This document shows positions 18,313 to 28,847 of a stretch of 62,922 bases of DNA, piece by piece. The stretch comes from Syntrophaceae bacterium (GTDB taxonomy: Bacteria > Desulfobacterota > SM23-61), in the NCBI GenBank assembly GCA_013388675.1, contig JACAEW010000175.1, positions 1-62,922 on the forward strand. Reading direction: 5' to 3'. The notes beneath the pieces were generated by a model. That model was not told where the DNA came from and searched no databases. It worked only from the letters and a program-made list of their open reading frames with translations. How positions within the stretch are numbered: the first letter of the stretch is position 1; every line of letters starts with the position of its first letter. The translations under genes and the position numbers were made by a program.

Positions 18313-20058
18313 TTAGAATGGCAGGGTCACGAAAAAGGTCGTCCCCGCCCCTTCCTGGCTTTCCACCCGGATTCCTCCCCCATGACTTTCCACGATCTGA
18401 TGAACATTGGCCAATCCCAAACCTGTGCCTTTCCTTTTGGTGCTGAAAAAAGGCTCAAAGACCTTTTCCAGGTCCTCCCGGGGGATTCCCCGTCCCGTGT
18501 CGGCAATGGACACCTGAACCCGCTTTTGTCCCTCTTCCTCAACCCGGTTCATCGTGATCCGAAGGCTGCCCCCTGGGTCCATGGATTCCAGGGCATTCAA
18601 CAACAAGTTGAGAAAAGCCTGGGAGAACTGGTCCCGATCGATCGGAACAAGAGGGAGACCGGGTTCTAAGATTTTTTCCACCCTCACCTTCTTGGCGGTC
18701 AACTCCGGCTGCAGGAGGTTCAGGGAAAGGTCCAGGATGCTCTCCAGCGAATGCGGCTCCCGACGGGGCTCTTTGGGCCGGGCGAAATCCAGCAGTTCGG
18801 TGATGACCCGGTTCAGCCGGTCCACCTCTTTGATCATGATGGATGCGTATTCTTGGTCCTTTTCCTGCCCCTTGAAGCGTTGGTGGAAGAACTGAGCAAA
18901 TCCCCGGATGGAACTCAGGGGGTTTCGGATTTCGTGGGCCACGCCGGCAGCCAGCCGGCCCAGGGAGGCCAATCGCTCCCCCCGCCGGACTCTTTCCTGA
19001 AGCTCCCGAATCTCCCGCAGGTCGCGCAGCAGCAGGACCGATCCCAGCTCCTGTCCGTTCTCGTCTTTCAGGGGGGCCGCGCTCAGGCTGAGGGGAATGA
19101 GCTTTCCCGAAGGCTGCTTCACGTCCATATCCCGGTCGCGGACGATCCCCCCGGGCTTTTCCCCTTGGAGTAGATATTCCACCTTAGGCCCCATGACCTC
19201 GGCGATTCCCCGGCCTTTGAATTCCCTTTCCGCCCCCCCCAAAAGATCCGCCGCCCTTCGGTTCAGGGTCACGATTCTTTTCTGGCCGTCTATGGAAATC
19301 AGGGCATCGGCCATGCTTTCCACAACGTTCTCCGTGTAGGTTTTCATCCGCGCCAGGGAGCGATCCACCAAATAATAATTCTGCACAATAAAGATGAAAT
19401 AAAGCGCTCCGCCCCCCAGGATCACCAGGATCCCCCCCATGAGAAGGGCATGATGAATATCCTGTTGCCGCGCCCCTTCGAAGGCTCCCGGTCGAAGGCC
19501 GACCAAGATCACTTTGTCCTTCGCCCAATCCTGAAGGGGCTCTTCCCGGGGACCCGCTTTTTCCTCCCCCTCCCGAATCAGGGCCAGGGGGTTCCGGTAG
19601 GCAAGCGGACGAAAAGGCGTGATCACCTCGAAGGTCCTTTCCCCCCCGGCGGCCTGCCGATAGCGGGTGATCAGCCCCTTCTCCCTCAACAAAAGAACCA
19701 GGGAGGAGGCGTCCCCAACTCTCTCGGCCGTTTCCCCGGAAAGACCCGAGGCCGCAACTTCTCCATGGCCGTCAAAGAGAAGGATGCGGGCAACCGCGGG
19801 CTCCCGTGAAAGCTCTTCCACGATCCTCCGGATTCGGGACACATCCGGGCGCGAAGAAGGCGAATCCGCCCGCGCTCCAGCTTCCACGGCGCGGATGATT
19901 ACCAAGCCCTCCCGCAAGAGAGAGTTTTCCGCTCTTTCCCGGTCCCGGTCGATATTCCGGTATGTGGAAATGGCAATGACCACCAGCAGGGTAAGCACCG
20001 TGGCCACAATGATCAGCGCGGGCAGGTAAAGGGATTTATAGGGTCGTCCCGTTTTCAT
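18313..20058 (-). CDS. membrane sensor histidine kinase with PAS domain (ZraS-like)
   Basis: Two TMs around a periplasmic domain, [28 protein letters not shown]. Confidence 0.93.
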   Translation of the reverse strand: MKTGRPYKSLYLPALIIVATVLTLLVVIAISTYRNIDRDRERAENSLLREGLVIIRAVEAGARADSPSSRPDVSRIRRIVEELSREPAVARILLFDGHGEVAASGLSGETAERVGDASSLVLLLREKGLITRYRQAAGGERTFEVITPFRPLAYRNPLALIREGEEKAGPREEPLQDWAKDKVILVGLRPGAFEGARQQDIHHALLMGGILVILGGGALYFIFIVQNYYLVDRSLARMKTYTENVVESMADALISIDGQKRIVTLNRRAADLLGGAEREFKGRGIAEVMGPKVEYLLQGEKPGGIVRDRDMDVKQPSGKLIPLSLSAAPLKDENGQELGSVLLLRDLREIRELQERVRRGERLASLGRLAAGVAHEIRNPLSSIRGFAQFFHQRFKGQEKDQEYASIMIKEVDRLNRVITELLDFARPKEPRREPHSLESILDLSLNLLQPELTAKKVRVEKILEPGLPLVPIDRDQFSQAFLNLLLNALESMDPGGSLRITMNRVEEEGQKRVQVSIADTGRGIPREDLEKVFEPFFSTKRKGTGLGLANVHQIVESHGGGIRVESQEGAGTTFFVTLPF

Positions 20059-20138
20059 TCGGAAACCCTTCTGGGAAATCGCTCCGACCGATTATCCCCA
20101 TCCCCTTGTGGGCGGATTTCTTTCATACGGCCAAATCC

Positions 20139-20295
20139 GATGACTGCATAAAAAGTAAAGAATACTCCCTCCCCTTTGATGGGAGAAGGTTGGGGGGGTG
20201 ATGAACAGAAGAATTTCAATGCCCTATTAACCCCCCTCCCCTTCATCCCCTTCCACCAGGAGAGGGAAAATTTTCTATTAACGAAAGGGTCAAAT
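20139..20295. repeat. degenerate non-autonomous intergenic palindromic element (MITE/REP-like)
   Basis: CCCTCCCCTTTGATGGGAGAAGG...CCCCCTCCCCTTCATCCCCTTCCACCAGGAGAGGG nested hairpins; GATGACTGCATAAAAAGT left end. Confidence 0.4.
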
Positions 20296-20394
20296 TTCGG
20301 ATTATTAAGAAGTATGGAGGTAATTCCATTATAACTGGGAATGGAGATTCTTAAAATAGATTCGCGGGGTGAAAGGGGCGCGGATATTCTTCGA

Positions 20395-20988
20395 CTATTG
20401 GGTTATCACGAAGATCGCACTCAAGGCGAAAAAATTCGGCCAGAAGGGAACTTTTTTCCTTCTGCCCAAGGAATGGACCTCCTTGACTTTCAGGTTCTTC
20501 GCGTGGCAAAAGTCCTCAAAATCACGAATGCTTAAAAAGCGGAGGTTGGGGGTGTCGTACCAGCGATAAGGAAGGGAGGGAGTAATGGGGGCCCTTCCCC
20601 CGAAAAACAGCATCCAACGGGCCTTGAAGTAAGCAAAATTGGGGAATCCCACGATGATTTCCTTCCCGATGCGCAAAGCCTCATGGATGAGCGAGTCAAT
20701 CTTCTTCACTTCCTGCAGGCTCTGGTTCAGGATGACGTAATCAAAAGAACGGTCCGGATATTCCGTCAAACCCGCCTCAAGGTCCCCATGAAACACGCTC
20801 AAGCCTCGCTTCACGCATTCATAGATGGCCGATTCGTTCAACTCGATTCCCTGGACTTGGGCCCCTTTTTCCCGCGCCAGGAGGTAGAGAAGGTCCCCGT
20901 TCCCGCACCCCAGGTCCAGGACGCGCGATCCCGGTTCGATCATCCGACAGATGGTCCGATGGTCGAGGCGAATCCCTTTAGGTTTCAT
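20395..20988 (-). CDS. metW: methionine biosynthesis protein MetW
   Basis: [32 protein letters not shown]; overlaps metX stop. Confidence 0.93.
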   Translation of the reverse strand: MKPKGIRLDHRTICRMIEPGSRVLDLGCGNGDLLYLLAREKGAQVQGIELNESAIYECVKRGLSVFHGDLEAGLTEYPDRSFDYVILNQSLQEVKKIDSLIHEALRIGKEIIVGFPNFAYFKARWMLFFGGRAPITPSLPYRWYDTPNLRFLSIRDFEDFCHAKNLKVKEVHSLGRRKKVPFWPNFFALSAIFVITQ

Positions 20989-22129
20989 CGCTGCCCGCTA
21001 CCCGGTACCCGTTGAACGTTTTATCCAAGAAATGCTGAATCAGGGTTGTCTGCTCCTCTACTTCCAGGAGAAAGGCGTCATGACCGTAGGTCGAGGGCAA
21101 TTCGCAGTAAGTAGCATCCGCCTGTTTCATTTTTAGCTCCCGCACGATTTCCTGCGACTGGGAGGATGGGTAGAGCCAATCCGACTTGAAGGAGATGACC
21201 AGAAAGCGGGTGGAAGGCACTTTGCCGTTCGGAATCAGCCGTCCCCCGGAAAGGTCGAAGTAATCCATGGCCTTGGTGATGTAAAGGTAGGAATTCGCGT
21301 CGAAGCGTCGCACGAAGTTGTCGCCCCGATGGCGTAAATAACCCTCCACCTCGAAATCGGCGACAAAATCGAAGTTGTACTGCCCGTTTCGAAGCTTGCG
21401 CGAAAACTTTTCCTCCATGGACTGATCGCTCATGAAAGTGATATGCCCGATCATGCGGGCCACGGCCAGCCCTTTCTCCGGCTGCCCCTGCTCGTAGTAT
21501 TGGCCCTTTCGCCAGGCGGGATCGGCCATGATCGATTGCCGCACCACCTCATCGAAAGCGATCTGCTGGGGGGAATGCTTCAGGGCCGTGGCGATGGGAA
21601 TGGCCGAGCGGACCCTCTCTCCGTGGGAGGCCACCCATTGAAGCGCCTGCATGCCCCCCATGGACCCCCCGGTTACGCACAGAAGCTTATCAATTCCCAA
21701 ATGGTCCACCAGGTGCCGTTGCGCTTCCACCATGTCGGCGATGGTGATAACCGGGAAATCCAGAGCATAGGGCTTTCCCGTCCGGGGATTCAGGGAAGAA
21801 GGCCCCGTGCTTCCTTTGCATCCCCCGAGAACATTCGAGCAAATGACGAAAAAGCGGTCCGTGTCGAAGGCTTTGCCCGGGCCGATCATGACATCCCACC
21901 ATCCGGGCGTTGAATCCCCCTCGTGGTAACCCGCGGCGTGGGCATCGCCGGAAAGAGCGTGGGCCACCAGGATGACATTAGACTTGTCCTGGTTCAAGGT
22001 CCCGTAAGTTTCATAGGCCAGGGTGACCGGGCCCAGCGTGCGTTGGCATTCCAAAACCAGCTCCTTCGGCGGTTCCGCGAAAGTATAGGATTTTGTCTTC
22101 ACCCTCCCGACGTTTCCCTTGCGATTCAT
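20978..22129 (-). CDS. metX: homoserine O-acetyltransferase
   Basis: [31 protein letters not shown]; alternative TTG start at 22141. Confidence 0.95.
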   Translation of the reverse strand: MNRKGNVGRVKTKSYTFAEPPKELVLECQRTLGPVTLAYETYGTLNQDKSNVILVAHALSGDAHAAGYHEGDSTPGWWDVMIGPGKAFDTDRFFVICSNVLGGCKGSTGPSSLNPRTGKPYALDFPVITIADMVEAQRHLVDHLGIDKLLCVTGGSMGGMQALQWVASHGERVRSAIPIATALKHSPQQIAFDEVVRQSIMADPAWRKGQYYEQGQPEKGLAVARMIGHITFMSDQSMEEKFSRKLRNGQYNFDFVADFEVEGYLRHRGDNFVRRFDANSYLYITKAMDYFDLSGGRLIPNGKVPSTRFLVISFKSDWLYPSSQSQEIVRELKMKQADATYCELPSTYGHDAFLLEVEEQTTLIQHFLDKTFNGYRVAGSDET

Positions 22130-22176
22130 TCGATCTTGCAACTCCCGGGGATGGAATTATGGGAATCCTTCAGCCG

Positions 22177-22203
22177 GTAGGGGCGACTCGGCGGCTCGCC
22201 CCT
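22177..22203 (+). repeat. GTAG-type REP-like hairpin between metY and metX
   Basis: GTAGGGGCGACTCGGCGGCTCGCCCCT: GTAG tetranucleotide plus AGGGGCGA/TCGCCCCT stem. Confidence 0.5.
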
Positions 22204-22227
22204 CCACCGCCCCTCAAAGGGCCGGGA

Positions 22228-23586
<1,359 letters not shown>

Positions 23587-23597
23587 TCACCCCCGGC

Positions 23598-23632
23598 AAA
23601 AAAAGCCCCTTCTTGGCTTTTCAGAAGGGGCG
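23598..23632 (-). terminator. intrinsic terminator, expression platform of SAM-I riboswitch 2
   Basis: GCCCCTTCT-loop-AGAAGGGGC followed by U7. Confidence 0.85.
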
Positions 23633-23646
23633 ATTTCTCTCCCCCG

Positions 23647-23758
23647 CCTTATCTTCCAGGGTAGGCTCACCTTGCTGGAATGAGCACCAGCATTCCCTCT
23701 CATCCGGAACCGGTTGCTGTGGCTTCTTCGGGCCAGTCCCTCCGCCCCTCTGGATAGC
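23647..23758 (-). ncRNA. SAM-I (S-box) riboswitch
   Basis: Minus strand CTATCCAGAGGGGCGGAGGGACTGGCCCGAAGAAGCCACAGCAACCGG...GGTGCTCATTCCAGCAAG...GGAAGATAAG upstream of metYXW. Confidence 0.94.
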
Positions 23759-23850
23759 AGGCTAGGTTACCCAACGAATCCTTGTAGGTTCATCCCCGTT
23801 TTTTTCCCGGATGAAGTCCCTCCCGGAAGTTGCCTTTCTGGCTCCCGAAG

Positions 23851-24234
23851 CTATTTCCCCTTCACGGCCCGCGAAAAAATTTCGCATTTTCTGCAGACCT
23901 TCATCTTTTGGGACCAGCTTCCCTGGCTCTTTCCCAGGCAGATGGTCCCGTTGATAAACCAGCACCACTGGCCCAGATTGAATTCCCACGCCGGGCAAGC
24001 TTCCCGACGTTCCGATGAGCAGCCCCGAATATCCCAGCAGGGACGGGATTTGCGGGTCCCCGGCTGCCGGCTGGATAGCAAGAAGAGGGCCTGGCGTTCG
24101 ATATGCACGGGCACCTTTCGCCATCCCTGTTCAAAGCTCTGAACGGCCTTCAGGGAGGTGCCCAGGAGCTGGGCCATCTGGCTTTGGGTCTTCTGGAGTC
24201 TTTGCCTCAGGGATCCGAACTCTTTCGCGTCCAA
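23851..24234 (-). CDS. XRE-type HTH transcriptional regulator fused to Cys-rich 'two-CW' domain
   Basis: LRQRLQKTQSQMAQLLGTSLKAVQSFEQG HTH; CWDIRGC...CPAW...CWFINGTIC...CRKCEIF. Confidence 0.85.
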   Translation of the reverse strand: MDAKEFGSLRQRLQKTQSQMAQLLGTSLKAVQSFEQGWRKVPVHIERQALFLLSSRQPGTRKSRPCWDIRGCSSERREACPAWEFNLGQWCWFINGTICLGKSQGSWSQKMKVCRKCEIFSRAVKGK

Positions 24235-24268
24235 CCGCTCTCCGAATCGAAAAATAAAAAACTGCCTG

Positions 24269-24303
24269 TTGATTTATGTACCACATTGTGGTATTCTGAG
24301 TCA
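24269..24303. promoter_or_regulatory. overlapping divergent sigma70 promoters with perfect palindrome TACCACA-T-TGTGGTA (24279-24293)
   Basis: Plus strand TTGATT-17-TATTCT; minus strand TTGACT-18-TACATA; palindrome lies almost entirely within both spacers, reaching the first bases of each -10. Confidence 0.7.
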
Positions 24304-24345
24304 AGGAATTTTTTGGGGGCAAATAACGGAGGAGAAATTATACCC

Positions 24346-24645
24346 ATGGACAAGAGGCCGATGGAAAGGGCGAGGGATTTTTCCTTCGAACGAATCTCGG
24401 AGCCCAGGCCCTTTGACCGGGAACTGAACCTCAAGGGGAAAATCTGCCCCTATACCTTCATCGAATCCCTGCTTACTTTGGAGGAGATGGAGCCCGACGC
24501 AGTCCTGCGGGTCATCGTGGACTATCCCCCGGCGGTCTATGACGTTCCGCGAAGCCTAAAGAATGAGGGATACGAAATCCTCGAAGTGAGCCCTTTAAAT
24601 GAAACCGATTGGGCCATCGTGGTCAAAAACAAAGAATTGGAATAG
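24346..24645 (+). CDS. TusA/SirA-family sulfur carrier protein
   Basis: ELNLKGKICPYT motif, VLRVIVDYPPA; GGAGGAG RBS before ATG 24346. Confidence 0.88.
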   Translation: MDKRPMERARDFSFERISEPRPFDRELNLKGKICPYTFIESLLTLEEMEPDAVLRVIVDYPPAVYDVPRSLKNEGYEILEVSPLNETDWAIVVKNKELE

Positions 24646-24651
24646 GACCGG

Positions 24652-25452
24652 ATGAAATTTTCCGAAGAACAGGTCCAGCGTTATTCTCGTCAGATCATCC
24701 TGCCCGGAATTGGCGGAAAGGGTCAGAGAAAACTGGCCGAAGCCCGGGTATTCATCATGGGCGCGGGCGGGTTGGGTTCTCCCGCAGCCCTGTATCTGGC
24801 GGCGGCGGGTGTGGGGACCATCGGGCTGGCGGATTTCGACCGGGTGGAACTCCATAACCTCCAGCGGCAGATCCTGCACCGAACCGCGGATGTGGGCCAG
24901 CGGAAGGTCGAATCCGGCCGGAAGACCCTGGAAAGCCTGAACCCGGAAGCGAAGGTTCGAACCTATTCCGACCGCGTGACTTCCGCCAACGTTCGAGAGA
25001 TCCTCCGCGATTACGATCTGGTCCTGGACGGCAGCGACAACTTTCCCGCCCGCTTTTTGATTAACGATGCCTGCTTTTTCGAGAAAAAAACCCTAATCTC
25101 CGGGGCCATCCTGCGGTTCGATGGCCAGCTCAGCACCTTCAAACCCCACGCCGGAGGACCCTGCTATCGTTGCCTCTTCCCCCAACCTCCCCCGCCGGGC
25201 ATTGTCCCGAGCTGCCAGGAGGCAGGAATTCTCGGGGCAGTAGCGGGGACGATCGGCGTCCTGCAGGCGAACGAAGCGCTCAAGGAAATCCTGGGGATCG
25301 GAAAATCCATGGCCGGAAGACTCCTCCTGTTCAATGCCTTGAGTTTATGTTTCGACGAAGTGAAGCTTCTGCCCAACCCCACCTGCCCCCTTTGCGGCCA
25401 GAACCCCACCATTCGAGAGTTGATCGATTACCCCTTAAGCTGCCAACCTTGA
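24652..25452 (+). CDS. MoeB/ThiF/HesA-family adenylyltransferase (E1-like), no rhodanese domain
   Basis: RYSRQIIL, GAGGLG, NLQRQ, DGSDNF, CYRC, SCQEAG, CPLCG. Confidence 0.93.
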   Translation: MKFSEEQVQRYSRQIILPGIGGKGQRKLAEARVFIMGAGGLGSPAALYLAAAGVGTIGLADFDRVELHNLQRQILHRTADVGQRKVESGRKTLESLNPEAKVRTYSDRVTSANVREILRDYDLVLDGSDNFPARFLINDACFFEKKTLISGAILRFDGQLSTFKPHAGGPCYRCLFPQPPPPGIVPSCQEAGILGAVAGTIGVLQANEALKEILGIGKSMAGRLLLFNALSLCFDEVKLLPNPTCPLCGQNPTIRELIDYPLSCQP

Positions 25453-25662
25453 TTCCCGGGATGGGTTTTCTCAAACCCCTTCTCCCGGCCCTTGGTCAAG
25501 CGAAACATTCTCCCTGCAACGTCCTCCCTTATCAAATTCTTGGTTCCGGGATCGAAGCCGATCGACAGCGCAATAGCCTCCGGGTAACGAAAGAGATTGA
25601 AAGGGGGGCCCATTGGTGGTATTCTGGCAAACGAATTCATGGCATGCAAGGGAGGTATTCCA

Positions 25663-26754
25663 ATGCTCCGGTTACGAATCAAACTTCTCGCTTTGTCGGC
25701 TCTGCTATTCCTGGGTATCGGTCTCTGTGAGCAGGGAACCGCTCAAACCCTGACCGAAGACGAGAAGAACAACATCACCATCTACCAGAAAGCCAGCCCC
25801 AGCGTGGTGAACGTCATCAGCACGGTGATCACCCGGGATTTCTTCTTGAACCCCATTCCGCGGGAGGGAAGCGGGTCCGGCTCCATCATCGATGCCCGGG
25901 GCCACGTCCTGACCAACAACCATGTGATCCGGGACGCCCGGAAGCTCGAAGTGACCCTTGCCGATGGAAGCAAATGGCCGGCCAATCTGGTGGGAACCGA
26001 CCCGGACAATGACCTGGCGGTGATTAAAATGGATGCCCCCACGGACAAACTGAGACCCCTTCCCCTGGGGGATTCGCAAAAGCTCCAGGTGGGCCAGAAG
26101 GTCCTGGCCATCGGAAATCCCTTCGGCCTCGGCCTAACCCTGACCACGGGGATCATCAGTTCCCTGGGCCGGAACATCCGCTCGGAAGTGGGAACGATGA
26201 TCGAAGACCTCATCCAAACCGATGCTTCCATCAACCCGGGAAACTCCGGGGGCCCGCTCCTGAATTCGCAGGGCGAGATGATCGGCATCAACACGGCCAT
26301 CATCAGCCCCACGGGGGCCAGCGTGGGAATCGGCTTTGCCATTCCGGTCAATACCGCCAAGCGGATAATTCCCGAGCTGATCGCCAAGGGGTACGTCAGT
26401 TACCCGTGGGCCGGAGTTTCGGTACAACCGCTCTTTCCGGAATTGGCCCGGTTTCTCAAGCTGAAGGTGGAGAGGGGGGCCATGGTAATTGACGTGACCG
26501 CGGGCGGACCCGGGGAGAAGGCGGGCCTCCGGGGGGGGGACCGGACGATCCAGGCCCGTAACCTGCAGGTTATCGTGGGGGGGGACGTGATTACCCAAGT
26601 GGATCAGCGCGAAGTGAAAGACGCCGACGACCTGATCAAATACATCCGCGAGCGCAAGCCGGGGGATGCGGTAACGCTGAGAATCCTCCGGGACGGGCAG
26701 TTCAAGGATATCAAAATGACCCTGGCGGAGAGACCGAGAACGACCCGGAGGTAA
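25663..26754 (+). CDS. HtrA/DegP-like periplasmic serine protease with one PDZ domain
   Basis: Signal peptide; TNNHV, DLAVIK, QTDASINPGNSGG; GGAGG RBS. Confidence 0.93.
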   Translation: MLRLRIKLLALSALLFLGIGLCEQGTAQTLTEDEKNNITIYQKASPSVVNVISTVITRDFFLNPIPREGSGSGSIIDARGHVLTNNHVIRDARKLEVTLADGSKWPANLVGTDPDNDLAVIKMDAPTDKLRPLPLGDSQKLQVGQKVLAIGNPFGLGLTLTTGIISSLGRNIRSEVGTMIEDLIQTDASINPGNSGGPLLNSQGEMIGINTAIISPTGASVGIGFAIPVNTAKRIIPELIAKGYVSYPWAGVSVQPLFPELARFLKLKVERGAMVIDVTAGGPGEKAGLRGGDRTIQARNLQVIVGGDVITQVDQREVKDADDLIKYIRERKPGDAVTLRILRDGQFKDIKMTLAERPRTTRR

Positions 26755-26760
26755 CGGGCT

Positions 26761-27513
26761 TCACCTCATCGAAAACCCTCCGTTGATGGAAATGGTTTGC
26801 CCCGTGATCCAAGAGCACCGGTCGGAGCACAGGAAAACGATCATGCTGGCGATATCGGCGGTCTCCCCCAGGCGCTTGATGACGTACATTCTCAGCCATT
26901 TCTCTTCCACCTCGGGCGTCAGGTACGAAGTCATGGGGGAGTGCACAAAGGCGGGGGCAACGGCGTTGACCGTAATATTGTCCCGCCCCAGGTTCTTGGC
27001 CAGGGACTTGGTTAGGGCGATCACCCCGCCCTTCGAGGCCGCATAAACCTCCAGGCCCTTTTCTCCCGAAACCCCGGCCTCCGAGGCGAGGTTGACGATC
27101 CTCCCGCTTTTTTTCTCCCGCAGGATGGGCATTACCGCCCGGGAACAAAGAATGGTGCCGACGAGGTTGATGTCGAGGACCTTCTGCCAATCCTCCCGCC
27201 TGGCCGTCTCCAGAGGATTGAGGCCTCCCCCGATTCCCGCGCTGTTGACCAGAAAATCGATGGTCCCGAAATGGGCCCTGGCTTCCTCGGTCATTCGGCT
27301 CACCTGGTCTTCCCGGGTCACGTCGCACACGATTCCCTGAACTTCCCCTCCCCTTTCCCGCAGCGACCGGACCGTCTTCTCGATTCGGTCGCGATTCAAA
27401 TCGATAACCAGGACTCTGGCCCCTTCCTCGACAAAAAACTCCGCCGTTTTTTCCCCGATACCCGAAGCTCCCCCGGTAATGAGAGCTACTTTCCCGTTGA
27501 GGTGCAGGTCCAT
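26761..27513 (-). CDS. SDR family NAD(P)-dependent oxidoreductase
   Basis: TGGASGIG, NSAG, YAASKGG. Confidence 0.93.
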   Translation of the reverse strand: MDLHLNGKVALITGGASGIGEKTAEFFVEEGARVLVIDLNRDRIEKTVRSLRERGGEVQGIVCDVTREDQVSRMTEEARAHFGTIDFLVNSAGIGGGLNPLETARREDWQKVLDINLVGTILCSRAVMPILREKKSGRIVNLASEAGVSGEKGLEVYAASKGGVIALTKSLAKNLGRDNITVNAVAPAFVHSPMTSYLTPEVEEKWLRMYVIKRLGETADIASMIVFLCSDRCSWITGQTISINGGFSMR

Positions 27514-27858
27514 TTCTCCCCCCCTGAAAATCTTTGGCCCTTTCCCAGGGCATCGGCCGCAAGAAGAATCTCAGCCTATGTTTTCGTACCAAACCCATTC
27601 TTGGATGTCAATGGCCGTTGAAAAAAAGGCAGATTTTGGATACGATTAAAAAAAGTTTGATCTTTTGCCGACGGTCGAATCCCTTTTCGATTTCCTCTTC
27701 CAACAGGGAGAAAAGACCGGGGGTTCATTCCATCACCCTAGACACTCTGTTTTGCCTACAAAAATCGGAGGCCGGCAAGGATTTCTAAGCCGGCGATTCC
27801 GAATGATGAATGGGGTAAGTCAAACGAGCTTTTTTTCGTTCGATTGGAAAGAAGCCAA

Positions 27859-28653
27859 ATGTTACCGGGATCACCCTTCATATTCCTTGGCTCGAAAGCC
27901 CCCCGTATATTGCCGCCGCTCCATCGGGGCTACACCCTGATCGAGATCCTTATCGTCCTGACCATTCTGGGCGGGCTCGTGGCCATTGCCAGTCTGATTT
28001 ACTCGGAGTATCGAATCAAAGCGAGTGAAACGGTCGCCCAGGAAGATTTGCGGCAAGCTTACACTTCGGCCGTGAACTTTTTCAACGATTCTCCCCGAAG
28101 CGTCCTCACTCGGGGCGACCTGGATAAATACGGGTTCCGAAGCTCGCCCCGAACGGAAATCCGGGTCGTGGACGGCAGGCTGGACCGCTTGCTTCTTGTC
28201 GCTCGCTCCACCCATCCGGGGTCAAGAGTGTTCATGGTTGAGGGACCGGTAAGCGTTCTCGCCGGGGGCAAGGACCCTTTGGGTCCCGTTGACGGGCCCG
28301 GGGGTTCGGGGCATAGCAGTTCGTCCCCCGGGGCCCCCGAGGGAACGCAGGATAAGACCGTTGCGGGCGCATGGATTCAACCGCTCAATAAAAGCGGGCG
28401 GGACCGATGTAATGAAAAAGCCAAAACGGAACTGATAGAGGCTTTCGGTGCGGCCCAAAAATTTTTCCAGGCCGACCCCGGAGGTTCGATCACGAAGGAT
28501 ATCCTTATCAATTTTGGATACCGCCCCAGCGGAGAAGTCAACCTCTGGGTCATCAACGGCGCCCAAGCCACCCTCGAATTATCGGCCACCTTCAACATTC
28601 CCGGGGCTTCAAATTTCAAGATCGATTCCGCAGGCGCCATCAGGGAAGGTTGA
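27859..28653 (+). CDS. type IV pilin-like protein with tandem-duplicated globular domain
   Basis: G|YTLIEILIVLTILG prepilin motif; two similar ~75-aa segments separated by a G/S/P linker; start uncertain. Confidence 0.78.
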   Translation: MLPGSPFIFLGSKAPRILPPLHRGYTLIEILIVLTILGGLVAIASLIYSEYRIKASETVAQEDLRQAYTSAVNFFNDSPRSVLTRGDLDKYGFRSSPRTEIRVVDGRLDRLLLVARSTHPGSRVFMVEGPVSVLAGGKDPLGPVDGPGGSGHSSSSPGAPEGTQDKTVAGAWIQPLNKSGRDRCNEKAKTELIEAFGAAQKFFQADPGGSITKDILINFGYRPSGEVNLWVINGAQATLELSATFNIPGASNFKIDSAGAIREG

Positions 28654-28774
28654 AAGACCTTCTTCCCATCCATCCCTCCGGAATTGCCCGGAGAAATGGG
28701 GGGGTGCTGATTCGCCGAGCCCAATTCCCCGCCGGTCCAAACCCGAAGGGAGGTCCTTACTGCCTTTCAGGGGG

Positions 28775-28803
28775 TTGACATCCAGCGCTTCCTTACATAA
28801 ACT
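28775..28803 (+). promoter_or_regulatory. sigma70-like promoter
   Basis: TTGACA-17-TAAACT upstream of AGGAGG RBS and 28848. Confidence 0.55.
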
Positions 28804-28847
28804 TCGGGAATAGCACGTCCGAGATTGATTCCTCCAAAGGAGGCACG

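Noticed and set aside
4815-20058. Metal module as an active mobile element or genomic island
   Set aside because: No integrase, transposase, att repeats or evident GC shift; insertion remains only an inference from gene order
24103-24345. Long N-terminal extension of the tusA ORF
   Set aside because: Overlaps the divergent HTH gene and promoters; RBS supports ATG 24346
27520-27850. Possible c-di-GMP riboswitch or sigma54 promoter upstream of the pilin gene
   Set aside because: Could not find the GEMM P1/P2 motifs or a correctly spaced GG-N10-GC
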